DNA of 64,000 nucleotides from Bacillota bacterium (GCA_015059155.1 SVAX01000001.1:90247-154246); one strand, 5' to 3'; positions 11,132 through 23,840 are shown, numbered from the stretch's first letter. Notes: generated by a model from the letters alone, not told the origin. Program-made: numbers and translations.

Positions 11132-11177
11132 AGTTTTTCTGCGCCCAATTTTTTACAGAAATAAAAAAAGAGTAATT

Positions 11178-11795
11178 TTAATCACTCAATTTTTTCTCAT
11201 ATATCTTATCATAATCAATTATAAGCCATTTACCATTAACTTTTTCATATGACAATAATATTATTCTTTCAACTTTTTCTAAATTACTACCACTAACTAT
11301 TTGATTATCAACTTTCTTATAAGAAAAGCAATTAATAGTAACTCTAAATTTTAATTTTTCTTTATTATATTCTGTTATAGAATAATTTATTAATTCAATT
11401 CCATCAGTTATTTCTGCAAATCCTCTATTTTTAAAAATTTCTATTTTGTTTATACTAAGCTCTTTTAAATAACCAACTAATATATTATCCAAATTAGTAT
11501 CAGATTCTTTAATTTTATTTTCTAGTTGTAAATATGTGTCATACAATTCTTTCATAAGTAAATCTACATCTACTTCGTTATCTATACTATTTATATCCTC
11601 TTTTGTTAAGCCGTTTTTGACCTGAAAAGTAAGATTTTCATTTTCTTTTATTAATTTACTTATTTCTTTATATTTTTTCTTTTGTTTTCTTTGAAATCTA
11701 CTAGACGTTATAATGCCAATAGAACATAGTATTATAACTATTGAAACTATAATAGTTAATATTGCATTAGACATATTTAAATCCACATTAACCAC
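11178..11795 (-). CDS. Hypothetical membrane-anchored protein (possibly Tim44/NTF2-like C-terminal domain)
   Basis: Single N-terminal TM helix. The fold assignment is only an impression. Confidence 0.4.
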   Translation of the reverse strand: MVNVDLNMSNAILTIIVSIVIILCSIGIITSSRFQRKQKKKYKEISKLIKENENLTFQVKNGLTKEDINSIDNEVDVDLLMKELYDTYLQLENKIKESDTNLDNILVGYLKELSINKIEIFKNRGFAEITDGIELINYSITEYNKEKLKFRVTINCFSYKKVDNQIVSGSNLEKVERIILLSYEKVNGKWLIIDYDKIYEKKLSD

Positions 11796-11834
11796 TCCAT
11801 TATTACTATATACATTATAAAGTAAAAAAAAGAA

Positions 11835-12326
11835 TTATTCAACTCTTTTTATATTAAATATTTTAGATAATAAATTAACTATTACAAATAATATAATTCC
11901 ATATATTACATTTACTAATAAAGAATTATAAATACCTTCAATTAAACTAAATTCATTAAATTTAATTATATCTATTATACATAGAAGCAAGTAACTTATT
12001 ATTCTATAAAATATTATATTAATTATATTTATAAAATTTGAATTAAAAATATTATAATTCATATAATTGTAAATTATTATTATTAAGCCACTACAAAATC
12101 CAAAGCTTATTGTATTTATAAAAGTTGAGTTTGTTAAAGATATGTCATAAAAAAGGCCACAAATAATACAAACTATTACGAAATTAAATTTATTGTTTTT
12201 AAAATAAGGATAGAGTATAGAAAGGGATGTTAAAAGAAATAAAGGAATTAAGAAACTATTAGTATTTACTATATTAGAAAAAGCAGCTTCAAATAAAAAG
12301 GAAAAAATTATTATAATGTAAATCAT
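11835..12326 (-). CDS. mreD: Rod shape-determining protein MreD
   Basis: Small polytopic membrane protein translationally coupled to, and directly downstream of, mreC. Confidence 0.6.
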   Translation of the reverse strand: MIYIIIIFSFLFEAAFSNIVNTNSFLIPLFLLTSLSILYPYFKNNKFNFVIVCIICGLFYDISLTNSTFINTISFGFCSGLIIIIYNYMNYNIFNSNFINIINIIFYRIISYLLLCIIDIIKFNEFSLIEGIYNSLLVNVIYGIILFVIVNLLSKIFNIKRVE

Positions 12327-13171
12327 TATTCTTCTGCCTTTCTATTTAAAACAGTAACAATACTTATATCTTCAAAATTAACAGATGGTATTACTTCTAC
12401 AACACTATTCAAATCATATTCATCTTTAACTACTCTAGATACTTTACCTATTAATATTCCACTTGGAAAATAATCAGTAAGTCCTGTCGTAGTAACTAAA
12501 TCTCCTTCTTTTATATTGTTTGAATTAGTTATTCCTTCTATTTTATATATATTATATTCTTTGTCATAGCCAATTAATAAACCGTATAAATATTCATTAT
12601 TAGAGTTTATTTTCACGGATATTTTATTACTGATTTCATCGCTAGTTATAAGTTTTATAGTACTAGAAAAATTACTTACACTTGTAACTTTTCCTATTAA
12701 ACCATTAGATGTGATTACTGCATCTCCTTTTTTTACTCCATTTTTACTACCTTTATCTATTGTGATGTTGTTATACCAATATCCTATATTTCTATTTACT
12801 ACAGTAGCATTTACATATGTATATTCTGATAAGGTAGCATTAAGATCTAAAGTAGATTTTAATTCAGTTACTTCTTTTTGTAATTCTTCTATTTGTGCAT
12901 AATATAAATCTGTTTTTTCTACTTTTTCTTTTAATTTAGTATATTTTTTATATAAATCTTGTTTTTCATTAAATACTTCTAATTCATCACTAACAAATTT
13001 AATAGGTGCATAGAATATTTTTTGAATAAAAGTTGTTGTATCTTTTATTGCTTTTTCAAAGAAATTTAAATCTTTATTATCATCAATAGTATAAGATGAT
13101 AAACCAAGAAGAATAGCAAATGATACTATTATTATAATTGTATATTTTAATTTGTTATTTTTTCTTTTCAT
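12326..13171 (-). CDS. mreC: Rod shape-determining protein MreC
   Basis: N-terminal anchor, a coiled coil, then beta-rich domains (GDAVITSNGLIGKV..., GDLVTTTGLTDYFPSGILIGKV) characteristic of MreC. Confidence 0.85.
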   Translation of the reverse strand: MKRKNNKLKYTIIIIVSFAILLGLSSYTIDDNKDLNFFEKAIKDTTTFIQKIFYAPIKFVSDELEVFNEKQDLYKKYTKLKEKVEKTDLYYAQIEELQKEVTELKSTLDLNATLSEYTYVNATVVNRNIGYWYNNITIDKGSKNGVKKGDAVITSNGLIGKVTSVSNFSSTIKLITSDEISNKISVKINSNNEYLYGLLIGYDKEYNIYKIEGITNSNNIKEGDLVTTTGLTDYFPSGILIGKVSRVVKDEYDLNSVVEVIPSVNFEDISIVTVLNRKAEE

Positions 13172-13210
13172 TTTATCACCTATTTTTATTATAGTACATT
13201 TTAAATTGTT

Positions 13211-13900
13211 TTAAAAGCAAATATCATTATTTTCTAAAAAACTATAATAATTATTTTTACATATTATTATGTGATCAAGAAATTTTATCCCTAATATTTT
13301 AGATGCTTCTATTAAATTGTTTGTTATTTCATAATCTTGTTTACTTGGAAGTGGATTACCTCCTGGATGATTGTGCACACAAATAATAGCACTTGCACCT
13401 AGTAAATAAGCTTCTTTAAATATTTCTCTAGGGTGCACTAAACTATAGTTAACGGTACCTATAAAAAGTAATTTATCTCCTATAATTTTTTTACCATTAT
13501 CTAAATATACAGCATAAAAATATTCTTGTTTTTTATCACCTATTTTATTTTTGTAATATTTATACACAATATCAGCACTCGTTAATTTGACATTTTTTAA
13601 AGTATCCACTTCTCTATTTATTCTTTTACCAAGCTCTATACAAGCGAGTAAATTACAAGCTTTACTCATTCCTATACCTTTAAATTTTTTAAGAAATTCA
13701 AAATTAATATCATTTAATTTTTTTAAATTTTCTATTTTACTTAATAATTCACTACCTAAATCTTTAGCCGAATTACCTTTAGTTCCTGTCTTAAATATTA
13801 TAGCAAGCAATTCTTCATTGCTTAAAGTTTCTACTCCATATTCAATTAACCTTTCACAAGGTCTATCAGCTTTAGGTATATCTTTTATTTTAACCCCCAC
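13211..13900 (-). CDS. radC: RadC-family JAB/MPN domain protein
   Basis: HhH N-terminus (LSNEELLAIIF) and JAMM motif HNHPGGNPLPSKQD. GTG start preceded by GAGGAGG. Confidence 0.85.
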   Translation of the reverse strand: MGVKIKDIPKADRPCERLIEYGVETLSNEELLAIIFKTGTKGNSAKDLGSELLSKIENLKKLNDINFEFLKKFKGIGMSKACNLLACIELGKRINREVDTLKNVKLTSADIVYKYYKNKIGDKKQEYFYAVYLDNGKKIIGDKLLFIGTVNYSLVHPREIFKEAYLLGASAIICVHNHPGGNPLPSKQDYEITNNLIEASKILGIKFLDHIIICKNNYYSFLENNDICF

Positions 13901-14351
13901 TAATTACTACCTCCTCATATTTAATCAATGTTTGACTTATAATAGATGCAATAGCAGTTTTATCATCTGTATTTTTTAATACTTCATCATAATTTACTAA
14001 TAATTCCAAAAATTCTTTATTAGTTATTCCAAATTCTTTTATAATCGCATCATATCCCAAGCTTTTATAATAGTTAACTATCTTTTTTGCATTTTCTTCT
14101 AATTTTGTTATTCCTACATATACATAATATAAATTGTCTTGCTTATTATAAACATAATTTTGTAGGTTTATTGTATTATCTTCTAAACTTTCTAAGCTAG
14201 AAAAAACACCGTATTGTATAAAGTATAAATTTTCTCCAGAACTTGATACTACTTTTATTCCTTCAAAATCATCATATTGTTTTAGAAAAAAAGCAGAAAG
14301 AAAAAAACCAATGATTAGGGCTACTAGGAATGTTAATAAATATTTCTTCAT
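13890..14351 (-). CDS. Membrane-anchored protein with SPOR-like C-terminal domain
   Basis: N-terminal TM helix. The C-terminal region (YFIQYGVFSS...YYVYVG...A..I...L...GYDAIIKE) resembles SPOR repeats. Confidence 0.4.
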   Translation of the reverse strand: MKKYLLTFLVALIIGFFLSAFFLKQYDDFEGIKVVSSSGENLYFIQYGVFSSLESLEDNTINLQNYVYNKQDNLYYVYVGITKLEENAKKIVNYYKSLGYDAIIKEFGITNKEFLELLVNYDEVLKNTDDKTAIASIISQTLIKYEEVVISGG

Positions 14352-14401
14352 ATTATCACCAATTTTATTGTAGCTTAATCATTAGTTTTATTTTGTCGAA
14401 A

Positions 14402-16573
14402 TTAGTCTTCAGAGCTTTCTTTCTTTACGAGAACTTCTCTTGGCTTAGAACCATTTTGTGGTCCTACTATACCCCTATCTTCAAGTAAATCTATACATCT
14501 TGCAGCTCTATTATATCCAAGTCTAAATCTTCTTTGTAATAAAGATGCACTAGCTTTACCTTGTTCTATAACAAAATCTACTATTTCATTATATAGAGGT
14601 TCTTCATAATCATCTTTACTATCTAACATTGTAGTTGCTCCCTTTTCTTCATCAGACATTAATAATGTTTCATCATAATGAGCTTTTTGTTGATTGCATA
14701 CATACTCTACGATAGCTTTTGTTTCTTCTTCTGATATGAACGTTCCTTGAATACGAAGTGGTGCGTTAGTACCTTGTGGTAAGAAAAGCATATCACCTTT
14801 ACCTAATAGTTTTTCAGCACCTACCATATCAAGTATTGTTCTTGAGTCAATACCACTTGATACTGCAAATGAAATACGAGATGGTATGTTTGCTTTAACT
14901 ACACCAGTAATTACATCTGTAGATGGTCTTTGAGTCGCAACTATTAAATGAATTCCTGCAGCACGTGCCATTTGTGTTATACGCATAATTGAATCTTCTA
15001 CTTCCTTTGCAGCAACTAACATCAAATCAGCAAGTTCGTCTATTATAACAACTATAAAAGGCATACGTTTTTCTTTTTGATCTTCAGGTAACCCTTCGTT
15101 CTTTTTATCTATATAAGTATTATAACTTTCTATATTTTTAGTTTTGCTTTCTTCAAATACATCATATCTTCTTTCCATTTCAGCAACTATTCTTTTCAAA
15201 GCAACATTAGCTCTTTTTGGGTCAGTTACTACTGGAGCCATTAAATGAGGTACTCCATTATATATAGAAAGTTCTACTTTTTTAGGGTCTACAAGTACAA
15301 GCTTTACTTCATCTGGCTTAGTTCTCATTAATATTGAAGCAAGTATACTATTTATACATACAGACTTACCACTACCAGTAGATCCAGCTACTAAAAGGTG
15401 TGGGGTTTTGTTAATTTCCATCCACTGTGGATTACCCATTATATCTCTACCAAGTACTGTAAGTAATTTAGAATTTGCTTTACTAGCTGGAACACTAGTT
15501 AAAACTTCTCTAACACTTACCATAGATATTTTTTTATTAGGAAGTTCTATTCCAATAGTACTCTTTCCAGGAATCGGAGCTTGAATACGCACATCTTTAG
15601 CAGCAAGTGCTAAAGCAATTTCCCTATTTAAACTAAGTATTTTACTTACCTTTGTTCCTGCTTTTATTTCAAGTTCATATTGAGTTACTGCAGGTCCCAC
15701 ATGAGTATCAACAACTCTAGATTCTATTCCAAAATCTTTTAATACTTGAATAAGTATTGGTATATTATTTTTTATAGCAAGTTCATTTTCTTTACTATCA
15801 GTTTTAGTTGGTTTATTCAAAAGTGAAATTGGAGGATAAACATATCGTTTGTTTGGTTTATCATCAATTGCAGGTACTACTACCGGTACTTCTTCTACTT
15901 CTTTTATTTCTTCTACTACTTCTTCTTTATCTTCTTTTTTCTTCTTATCTTTCTTTTGAATATGAACTTTACCAGCTACCTTTTTAACTTCATCACCAGT
16001 CTTCTTCATTAATTCAAAAATAGAAAGACCTGTATAGATTATAATACCACATATTATTAATGCTATACATATAAATTTAGTTCCATTAAGTGTTAAAAGC
16101 GAAGTAAATATACTTATGAAGAGTGCTCCAATTATTCCTCCACCTGTATTAGAAGCACCATAATTAGTTTTAATATAACTCATTACATTATCAACTGTAT
16201 CTTTTAATATATTTATTCCATCTTTCATTATATTAAAATTATTAGGGTCTATTTCTTCTGTGTTGATGTAATTCATGTGAAGTAAAGTTAGTGTACCTAT
16301 TAATATAATAAAAATTCCTATTGTTTTACCTGTAAGAATTTTTGGTATTTTTCTCTTTACAATAGTATATATTCCTACCCCACCTACTGCCACTAAAAAT
16401 AATGCCCATAGTGTTCCAAATAAAAAGCACGAAAAACCTTTTATAAATTCTGCAACTACTCCGAAAGGACATAATCCTATTATAGCTATTAAAACTAATA
16501 AAATTCCTTTTAGCTCTACTATATAACCACTTTGTTCAACATTTTCTTCTTTTCTTTTTTTCTTCTTTGCCAT
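14402..16573 (-). CDS. ftsK: DNA translocase FtsK/SpoIIIE
   Basis: N-terminal TM helices, Walker A GSTGSGKS, Walker B VVIIDELADL and a C-terminal gamma wHTH (LLQRRFRLGYNRAARCIDLLE). ATG at 16573 follows a GGAGG that lies inside the longer track ORF. Confidence 0.9.
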   Translation of the reverse strand: MAKKKKRKEENVEQSGYIVELKGILLVLIAIIGLCPFGVVAEFIKGFSCFLFGTLWALFLVAVGGVGIYTIVKRKIPKILTGKTIGIFIILIGTLTLLHMNYINTEEIDPNNFNIMKDGINILKDTVDNVMSYIKTNYGASNTGGGIIGALFISIFTSLLTLNGTKFICIALIICGIIIYTGLSIFELMKKTGDEVKKVAGKVHIQKKDKKKKEDKEEVVEEIKEVEEVPVVVPAIDDKPNKRYVYPPISLLNKPTKTDSKENELAIKNNIPILIQVLKDFGIESRVVDTHVGPAVTQYELEIKAGTKVSKILSLNREIALALAAKDVRIQAPIPGKSTIGIELPNKKISMVSVREVLTSVPASKANSKLLTVLGRDIMGNPQWMEINKTPHLLVAGSTGSGKSVCINSILASILMRTKPDEVKLVLVDPKKVELSIYNGVPHLMAPVVTDPKRANVALKRIVAEMERRYDVFEESKTKNIESYNTYIDKKNEGLPEDQKEKRMPFIVVIIDELADLMLVAAKEVEDSIMRITQMARAAGIHLIVATQRPSTDVITGVVKANIPSRISFAVSSGIDSRTILDMVGAEKLLGKGDMLFLPQGTNAPLRIQGTFISEEETKAIVEYVCNQQKAHYDETLLMSDEEKGATTMLDSKDDYEEPLYNEIVDFVIEQGKASASLLQRRFRLGYNRAARCIDLLEDRGIVGPQNGSKPREVLVKKESSED

Positions 16574-16641
16574 AAATACCTCCATAGCCTATAACAATAT
16601 TATAACATATAAATCAAAATAAAATAACAAAAATTATTTTT

Positions 16642-17538
16642 TTATACTAAATTATACATAGTATTAAAAATTCTATCATCACTACAATACTCCATTATAA
16701 ACTCATTATCTTTTTTTACTATTATTATCCCAATAGTTTTATCTTGATCTATATTTTTTATGTTTCTATCAATATAGTTCATATATTTTTTTATTTGACC
16801 TACATATTCTGCTTTTAATTCAGTAACTTTTAATTCAACAACAACAAAACAATTATACTTATAATTAAATAATAACAAATCTATATAATTATATCTATCA
16901 CCTAACTTTATTTTATATTCATCATCTATATAGCTAAAACCTTCTCCTAATTCTTTTAAAAAATTATTTAAATCCTCTAATATTAGTTGTTTCAATATTT
17001 TTTCAGTTATCTTTTCATAATTATAACTATTCTTTATTAATATTGGATTCTTTATTAAATCATTTACCTTTTGTTCTTCTTTTTTTATTATTTTTTCTCT
17101 TGTTTCTTTAGGAAGTCTTTCGTATTCATTATTCTTTATTCTAAATCTAAGCTCTCTAACAGCTAATTTCTGTTTTATTGAAATATATATGTAATAATTA
17201 ATTTTATTTATATCATTAAACCTTAATAATTCTACATAATGACTCCACGTCAATTGGCCAGACATTGTCTGGCTTTTTGATAACAAATAGAATTGTCTCA
17301 TATTTTTTAAATTAGATATTCCATATCCCTTTCCAATTTCTTTAGTTAATTTCTTTGAATACTCTTTTATTAATCTATCACCATATTTAGCTCTAGACTC
17401 TCCACCTTGAGCTTCTATTAACAACTTCCCAACATTATAATAAGTATTTAGATCATTTATATTTTTACTATGATCCTTTATTCTTTTATATACTTTGTTA
17501 TTTATTAATTGTTCTTTTATCTCATTATAATAATTCAT
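16642..17538 (-). CDS. YhcG-like PDDEXK nuclease (DUF1016) protein, copy 1
   Basis: YhcG-type N-terminal helical region and a C-terminal ...DLLLFNYKYNCFVVVELK... PD-(D/E)xK core. The likely start MNYYNE follows AGGAGG. Confidence 0.7.
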   Translation of the reverse strand: MNYYNEIKEQLINNKVYKRIKDHSKNINDLNTYYNVGKLLIEAQGGESRAKYGDRLIKEYSKKLTKEIGKGYGISNLKNMRQFYLLSKSQTMSGQLTWSHYVELLRFNDINKINYYIYISIKQKLAVRELRFRIKNNEYERLPKETREKIIKKEEQKVNDLIKNPILIKNSYNYEKITEKILKQLILEDLNNFLKELGEGFSYIDDEYKIKLGDRYNYIDLLLFNYKYNCFVVVELKVTELKAEYVGQIKKYMNYIDRNIKNIDQDKTIGIIIVKKDNEFIMEYCSDDRIFNTMYNLV

Positions 17539-17706
17539 AAAGTTACCTCCTGTTAGACAAGATAACACATACAAAATTATTAATCAAATGAACGTTTTTG
17601 TTAAATTGTAACTTTATTTTTACAGAAACAAAAAAATTACAGGTAAATTTTTAATTCCTGTAATTTTTCATAATACAATTTTATAAAAACAGTAAAATTT
17701 TATTTT

Positions 17707-18657
17707 TTACATTATAAATAAATACAAATAATAAAATACTACTACAAGTAACATAACTAAACCTTCTCTTCTTGTTAGTTCCCTGTCACTTCTTCCAAAC
17801 AAAGTAAGTAGTAAAGCTGCAAGAAGTACTATTAATAAATCTATAAGGTTAAAAGAAGTTGAAGATACTGCCCCAAATATAGTAATAGGAAGTCCTAATA
17901 CTATACATATATTAAATATATTAGTACCTATTATATTTCCTATAGCCATATCAAATTCACCTTTTTTAGCAGATAATACTGTTATTGTAAGTTCTGGTAA
18001 GCTTGTACCTATAACTATTATTGTCATGGCTATAAATTTTTGAGATATGTGTAGTGACTCAGCTATAAAAACCGCACTGTCAACTATTAAATCACTTGTA
18101 ACAATTATGCCTATTATTGTACATAGCATAATTATTATTGATTGTTTCTTTGTATATAATGGTTCTTTTTCATAATCTTCTTTATGCTTCCTTGTAATAG
18201 AAACTATATATAAACAAAATATAATAAATAATATAATAAGTATTATTCCATCTGTTCTACCTAAGCTATTTACAACATTCTTAAAAAAAGAATCATTCAT
18301 TAAAAAGAAAAATGCAGTTGTTATTAATAGTAATAAAGGCAACTCTCTTCTTATTGTTCTACCTTTTAATTTTATTGGTTTTACTATTGCAGATACACCT
18401 ATTATAAGTAAAATATTTATAATACAACTACCTATAACATTAGCAAGCGTCATATCAACATTACCCGATGAAATACTATTAAAAGATATCGCAAGTTCAG
18501 GAACACATGTAGAAAAAGCAGCTACAGTAAGTGCGATTACCATTTTAGGCACTTTAAAACTTTCTGCCATAGAAGTTGAAGCATCTACGAAAATATCTGA
18601 AAATTTTATAATTAGATACAGCGATAACAACAATATTAATATATTTAAAACTAACAT
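17707..18657 (-). CDS. CaCA-family cation/Ca2+ antiporter (YrbG-like)
   Basis: Ten-TM protein with two alpha-repeat regions (STCVPELAIS and GTSLPELTITV). Confidence 0.8.
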   Translation of the reverse strand: MLVLNILILLLSLYLIIKFSDIFVDASTSMAESFKVPKMVIALTVAAFSTCVPELAISFNSISSGNVDMTLANVIGSCIINILLIIGVSAIVKPIKLKGRTIRRELPLLLLITTAFFFLMNDSFFKNVVNSLGRTDGIILIILFIIFCLYIVSITRKHKEDYEKEPLYTKKQSIIIMLCTIIGIIVTSDLIVDSAVFIAESLHISQKFIAMTIIVIGTSLPELTITVLSAKKGEFDMAIGNIIGTNIFNICIVLGLPITIFGAVSSTSFNLIDLLIVLLAALLLTLFGRSDRELTRREGLVMLLVVVFYYLYLFIM

Positions 18658-18730
18658 AACTTTCTCCCCAACTATTTTTACTCTATAAATAGTATAACAC
18701 AATTTTAAAAAAATAATATATAAAAAAGCG

Positions 18731-19987
<1,257 letters not shown>

Positions 19988-21319
19988 CTATTCTAAATTG
20001 TTTACTGTCTCTTTAAATTTTTCTCCTCTTTTTTCAAAATCAGCAAATTGATCCCATGATGCACAAGCAGGACTTAAAAGTATTGTGTCTCCATCATTAG
20101 ATATGTTATAAGCAAACTTAGTAGCTTCTTCTAATGTGTCAACTACTGTTGCATTTACTTTACAACTATCTGCAAACTCTTTAATTCTATTTTTAGTTTC
20201 CCCATAACAAACAATATGAGTTACATTAGTTAAATCATCTTTTAAATCTTCAAAAGAATGTCCTCTATCTAATCCACCTAATAAAAGTACTACCGGTGTA
20301 TTAAATGCATTTAAAGCTATTTCAGTAGATTTTACATTTGTAGCTTTTGAATCATTATAAAATTCTCTACCATTTATTTTAGCAACAAATTCTATACGGT
20401 GCTCCACACCTGTAAATTTATTTAATACTTCTTTTATCGTTTCATTAGATATACCAAGTTCTTTAGTAGCAATTATAGCACACATAATATTTTCATAATT
20501 ATGCATACCTTTTACTCTTATTTCATTTAAATTTATGATCTTTTCATCATTATAGTAAATAGCATTTTCTTTTATACAACAATCACTTTCTTCACTACTA
20601 GAAAAATATTTTTTATTGCTTTTAATATCTTTTGTAGATTCATATACATCTTTATTTGATTTATTTAATATAGCTATATCATTACTAGTATGGTTCATAA
20701 ATATTCTAAGTTTATGATCTATATAATTTTCATAAGTACCGAAGAAATCTATATGTACCGGAACTAAATTAGTTAATATACTAACATTAGGATTAAAATC
20801 ATAACAATCGTGTAGTTGTTGAGCAGATATTTCAAGAACCACTACATCATTAGGTTTTACATTACTTACTATTTGTGATAAAGGATAACCGATATTTCCT
20901 CCTAAATGTACTTTTTTACCCATAGCTTTTATAAATTCATATATAATAGTTGTCGTAGTAGTTTTACCATTAGCGCCTGTTATAGCAATAACAAAAGCAT
21001 CTTTAGGTAAATAATGATAAGCTACTTCTACTTCATTTACTACTTTTATTCCCATATCTATAGCTTTTAATATTAAAGGATGATCATATCTAATTCCAGG
21101 ATTTTTTATAACTAAATCAAAACTAGAATCTAATAATTCTATCGGATCTTCACTTTGTATAAAAGATACACCTAATTCTTCTAATTCTTCTATATGGTTT
21201 ATATCTTGTTCTTTTTTATCAGTAACAACTATTTTATTATTATATTTACTAAGTAATTTAGCAACCTCATATCCACTTCTAGCCATCCCTAGTACAAATA
21301 TTTTTTTATTTTCAAACAT
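19988..21319 (-). CDS. murD: UDP-N-acetylmuramoylalanine--D-glutamate ligase MurD
   Basis: N-terminal Rossmann GMARSG, P-loop GANGKTTT and Mur-ligase C-terminal domain motifs. Confidence 0.9.
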   Translation of the reverse strand: MFENKKIFVLGMARSGYEVAKLLSKYNNKIVVTDKKEQDINHIEELEELGVSFIQSEDPIELLDSSFDLVIKNPGIRYDHPLILKAIDMGIKVVNEVEVAYHYLPKDAFVIAITGANGKTTTTTIIYEFIKAMGKKVHLGGNIGYPLSQIVSNVKPNDVVVLEISAQQLHDCYDFNPNVSILTNLVPVHIDFFGTYENYIDHKLRIFMNHTSNDIAILNKSNKDVYESTKDIKSNKKYFSSSEESDCCIKENAIYYNDEKIINLNEIRVKGMHNYENIMCAIIATKELGISNETIKEVLNKFTGVEHRIEFVAKINGREFYNDSKATNVKSTEIALNAFNTPVVLLLGGLDRGHSFEDLKDDLTNVTHIVCYGETKNRIKEFADSCKVNATVVDTLEEATKFAYNISNDGDTILLSPACASWDQFADFEKRGEKFKETVNNLE

Positions 21320-21336
21320 AATATTCCTCCTTTATA

Positions 21337-21786
21337 TTATATGTCACAAATAGCTCCTTTAGATTCATAAATCTTAACTACACCACTAGTTGTTAATCTA
21401 TTTGATATAACATAATTTTTATCTATTTTTTGATCTTTAACCATTTTTTCAATATCCACTAAACTCATATCTATAGTAGCACTTATATCAACACTATTTT
21501 CTTGTTTTGTTACTTTATATGCATGTCCTCCATAAAGATCGTTTAGATTATAATATTCTAAATTTTTATACTCATCAAAATAATTTACAATATATTCATC
21601 ATTTGATACATATTTTTCTTGTTTTTCTATTTTAGTTACATAATTATCTTCATAGTAAATTTTATAAGTTCCTGTCATATTATAATTATTTATATTGTTT
21701 TCAACATCTACATTACAAGTTCTATATTCTTGCCTACTACAACCTACAAGAAATAAAACAAATATAAGACTCATTATTTTTTTCAC
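21337..21786 (-). CDS. Hypothetical lipoprotein
   Basis: Signal peptide with lipobox LVGCS. Confidence 0.5.
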   Translation of the reverse strand: MKKIMSLIFVLFLVGCSRQEYRTCNVDVENNINNYNMTGTYKIYYEDNYVTKIEKQEKYVSNDEYIVNYFDEYKNLEYYNLNDLYGGHAYKVTKQENSVDISATIDMSLVDIEKMVKDQKIDKNYVISNRLTTSGVVKIYESKGAICDI

Positions 21787-21858
21787 TGTATCACCACTTT
21801 AATTATATCACTTTTTATATCCAAAAGAAAAGAACAGTTATAAAAACTGTCATTTATT

Positions 21859-22302
21859 TTAATTATTATTAACTTTTATTTTACAATTTATAAGTTTTTT
21901 TATAATTTTTCTATTATATTTTTGTTTACTATCTACATTTATAGCTATATCAACAACTTCCCATACAGCTACCCAACCAATTATTAAAATTAATTCTTTT
22001 ATGATTTCTGGTTGTGTTATTGTTGAAAATATTAAAAATAACATACCTACTATAAAAAGTATTATTTGTTTATTATCATAAAATTTATCAATAATTTTAG
22101 TATTCTTATAAGAATTTTCCAAACCATCTTTTATAAGTTTATCTATATTATTTATATCTAATTTAGTATTTATAATGATTTCTATATCATCTTTTACTCT
22201 TGCTTCTTCTACTAAATATTTTAGTAAATCATTAGACACTTTATTACTATATTTTTCAAATAAATCTTTTTCTCTTCTTATATTAACTATTATACTCTTC
22301 AT
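21859..22302 (-). CDS. Hypothetical membrane protein
   Basis: Two central TM helices and no recognisable motif. Confidence 0.4.
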   Translation of the reverse strand: MKSIIVNIRREKDLFEKYSNKVSNDLLKYLVEEARVKDDIEIIINTKLDINNIDKLIKDGLENSYKNTKIIDKFYDNKQIILFIVGMLFLIFSTITQPEIIKELILIIGWVAVWEVVDIAINVDSKQKYNRKIIKKLINCKIKVNNN

Positions 22303-22312
22303 ATTTCATCTC

Positions 22313-22690
22313 TTATTCACAAGTTTGTCCAATATTATATTTTATGTTAAAAGTAGTAAATATAGTTCCACCTTTTACTTCATAATCAAATATAGTAACA
22401 TTGTGATTAATATCATAATATACTTTTTTACCATTGCAATCAAATTCCATATAATTTTCTACCATGTTATCTAATTCCTTTTGTATTGAATTTTTACCTC
22501 TAAGTGTCTTAAAAGTAGCTTCATAAGTACAACACTCATCTTCTAAAGTTGAAAGTGCTGGAACCTCTATTTTCATTATATTAGCTCCCATAGTAGCTTC
22601 TTTAGTACCAAAAGAAATAGTTTTTATACCTACTAAAGCTAAAATAAGAACTACTAAAATTGATATTATTATTACAATATTTTTTTTCAT
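22313..22690 (-). CDS. Hypothetical secreted or membrane-anchored small protein
   Basis: N-terminal hydrophobic helix and no recognisable motif. Confidence 0.4.
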   Translation of the reverse strand: MKKNIVIIISILVVLILALVGIKTISFGTKEATMGANIMKIEVPALSTLEDECCTYEATFKTLRGKNSIQKELDNMVENYMEFDCNGKKVYYDINHNVTIFDYEVKGGTIFTTFNIKYNIGQTCE

Positions 22691-22828
22691 ATATATTCCT
22701 CCTCTATTATTATCATTATAACTAAAAAAATTTAAACAATCAAGATTTTATTAATTTATTAATATTACTTTACTTTTTTTAGACAAAAAATAAGTAATTA
22801 ATTTTACCTATTTCTTTTGTATAAAAAC

Positions 22829-23704
22829 TTAATTTTCATCTACTTCTATTGGATTTACATGTATTACTGTTAAGTATATTTCTTCTAACTTTTTACCTAT
22901 TTCTTTTTCTAAATCATCAGCTATTTTATGACTTTCAAACGTAGATAAATTCCCATCTACATAAATAGTAAAAGAAATTTGATATTTATATCCTACTGGA
23001 GTTGAATTAAAATGTATTACTTTTTTTATTTCTTCATGAGATTTTATAATTTTATATACTTTTTGTTTTGTTTCATTAGATATAGATTTATCCATTAAAA
23101 CATCATAACTTTCTTTAAATATTTTAAAAGATGTTAAAATCATCCAAATAGATATACCTACACCTACCACTCCATCAAACCAATATATATCTACTAATGT
23201 AAGTAAACAAGCAATTAAGTTACAAAGTGTTATAACACAGTCATTTCTATGATCCTTAGAATTAGCCTTTATAAGTAAGTTATTATATTTTTTAGACAAT
23301 TCATTTGTATAAATAAATAAACATAATTTAGTTATTATTGTTACTATACAAACAACAATTAACCATATAGAAAATTCATATTTACTGTGATAAAAAATAG
23401 AATAAAGGGAATCTTTGAATACAAATAAGCCCATTAATATCATAGCTATACTAATTAGCATTGAATAAATATATTCAGCTTTACCATGACCTAAGTTGTG
23501 ATCATCATCTCTAGGAATGCTAGCTACTTGATTACCTATAAAGGTCATTACACTAGATATTATATCTCCCGCACTATTAAACGCATCCGCAATCATAGCT
23601 TGACTATTAGTAATAAAGCCAATTATAGATTTTATTATAAGTAAAAACAAATTACCTACAATTCCTAATATACTAGCAATTTTAACACTTTTAAAACGTT
23701 TCAT
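22829..23704 (-). CDS. Cation diffusion facilitator (CDF) family transporter
   Basis: ADAFNSAGD and HxxxD-type metal sites, six TM helices and a C-terminal cytoplasmic domain. The likely start MKRFKS follows a G-rich RBS. Confidence 0.85.
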   Translation of the reverse strand: MKRFKSVKIASILGIVGNLFLLIIKSIIGFITNSQAMIADAFNSAGDIISSVMTFIGNQVASIPRDDDHNLGHGKAEYIYSMLISIAMILMGLFVFKDSLYSIFYHSKYEFSIWLIVVCIVTIITKLCLFIYTNELSKKYNNLLIKANSKDHRNDCVITLCNLIACLLTLVDIYWFDGVVGVGISIWMILTSFKIFKESYDVLMDKSISNETKQKVYKIIKSHEEIKKVIHFNSTPVGYKYQISFTIYVDGNLSTFESHKIADDLEKEIGKKLEEIYLTVIHVNPIEVDEN

Positions 23705-23840
23705 AATATCCCCATCTCTATTAAAAAATATTATTTTAATTATCATATATTACTCTATTGATAAGACATAAATACATTATAACATATTTTTTATAATATT
23801 TTTTCAATAATTTTATCTAATATTCTTTTATCTATCACAA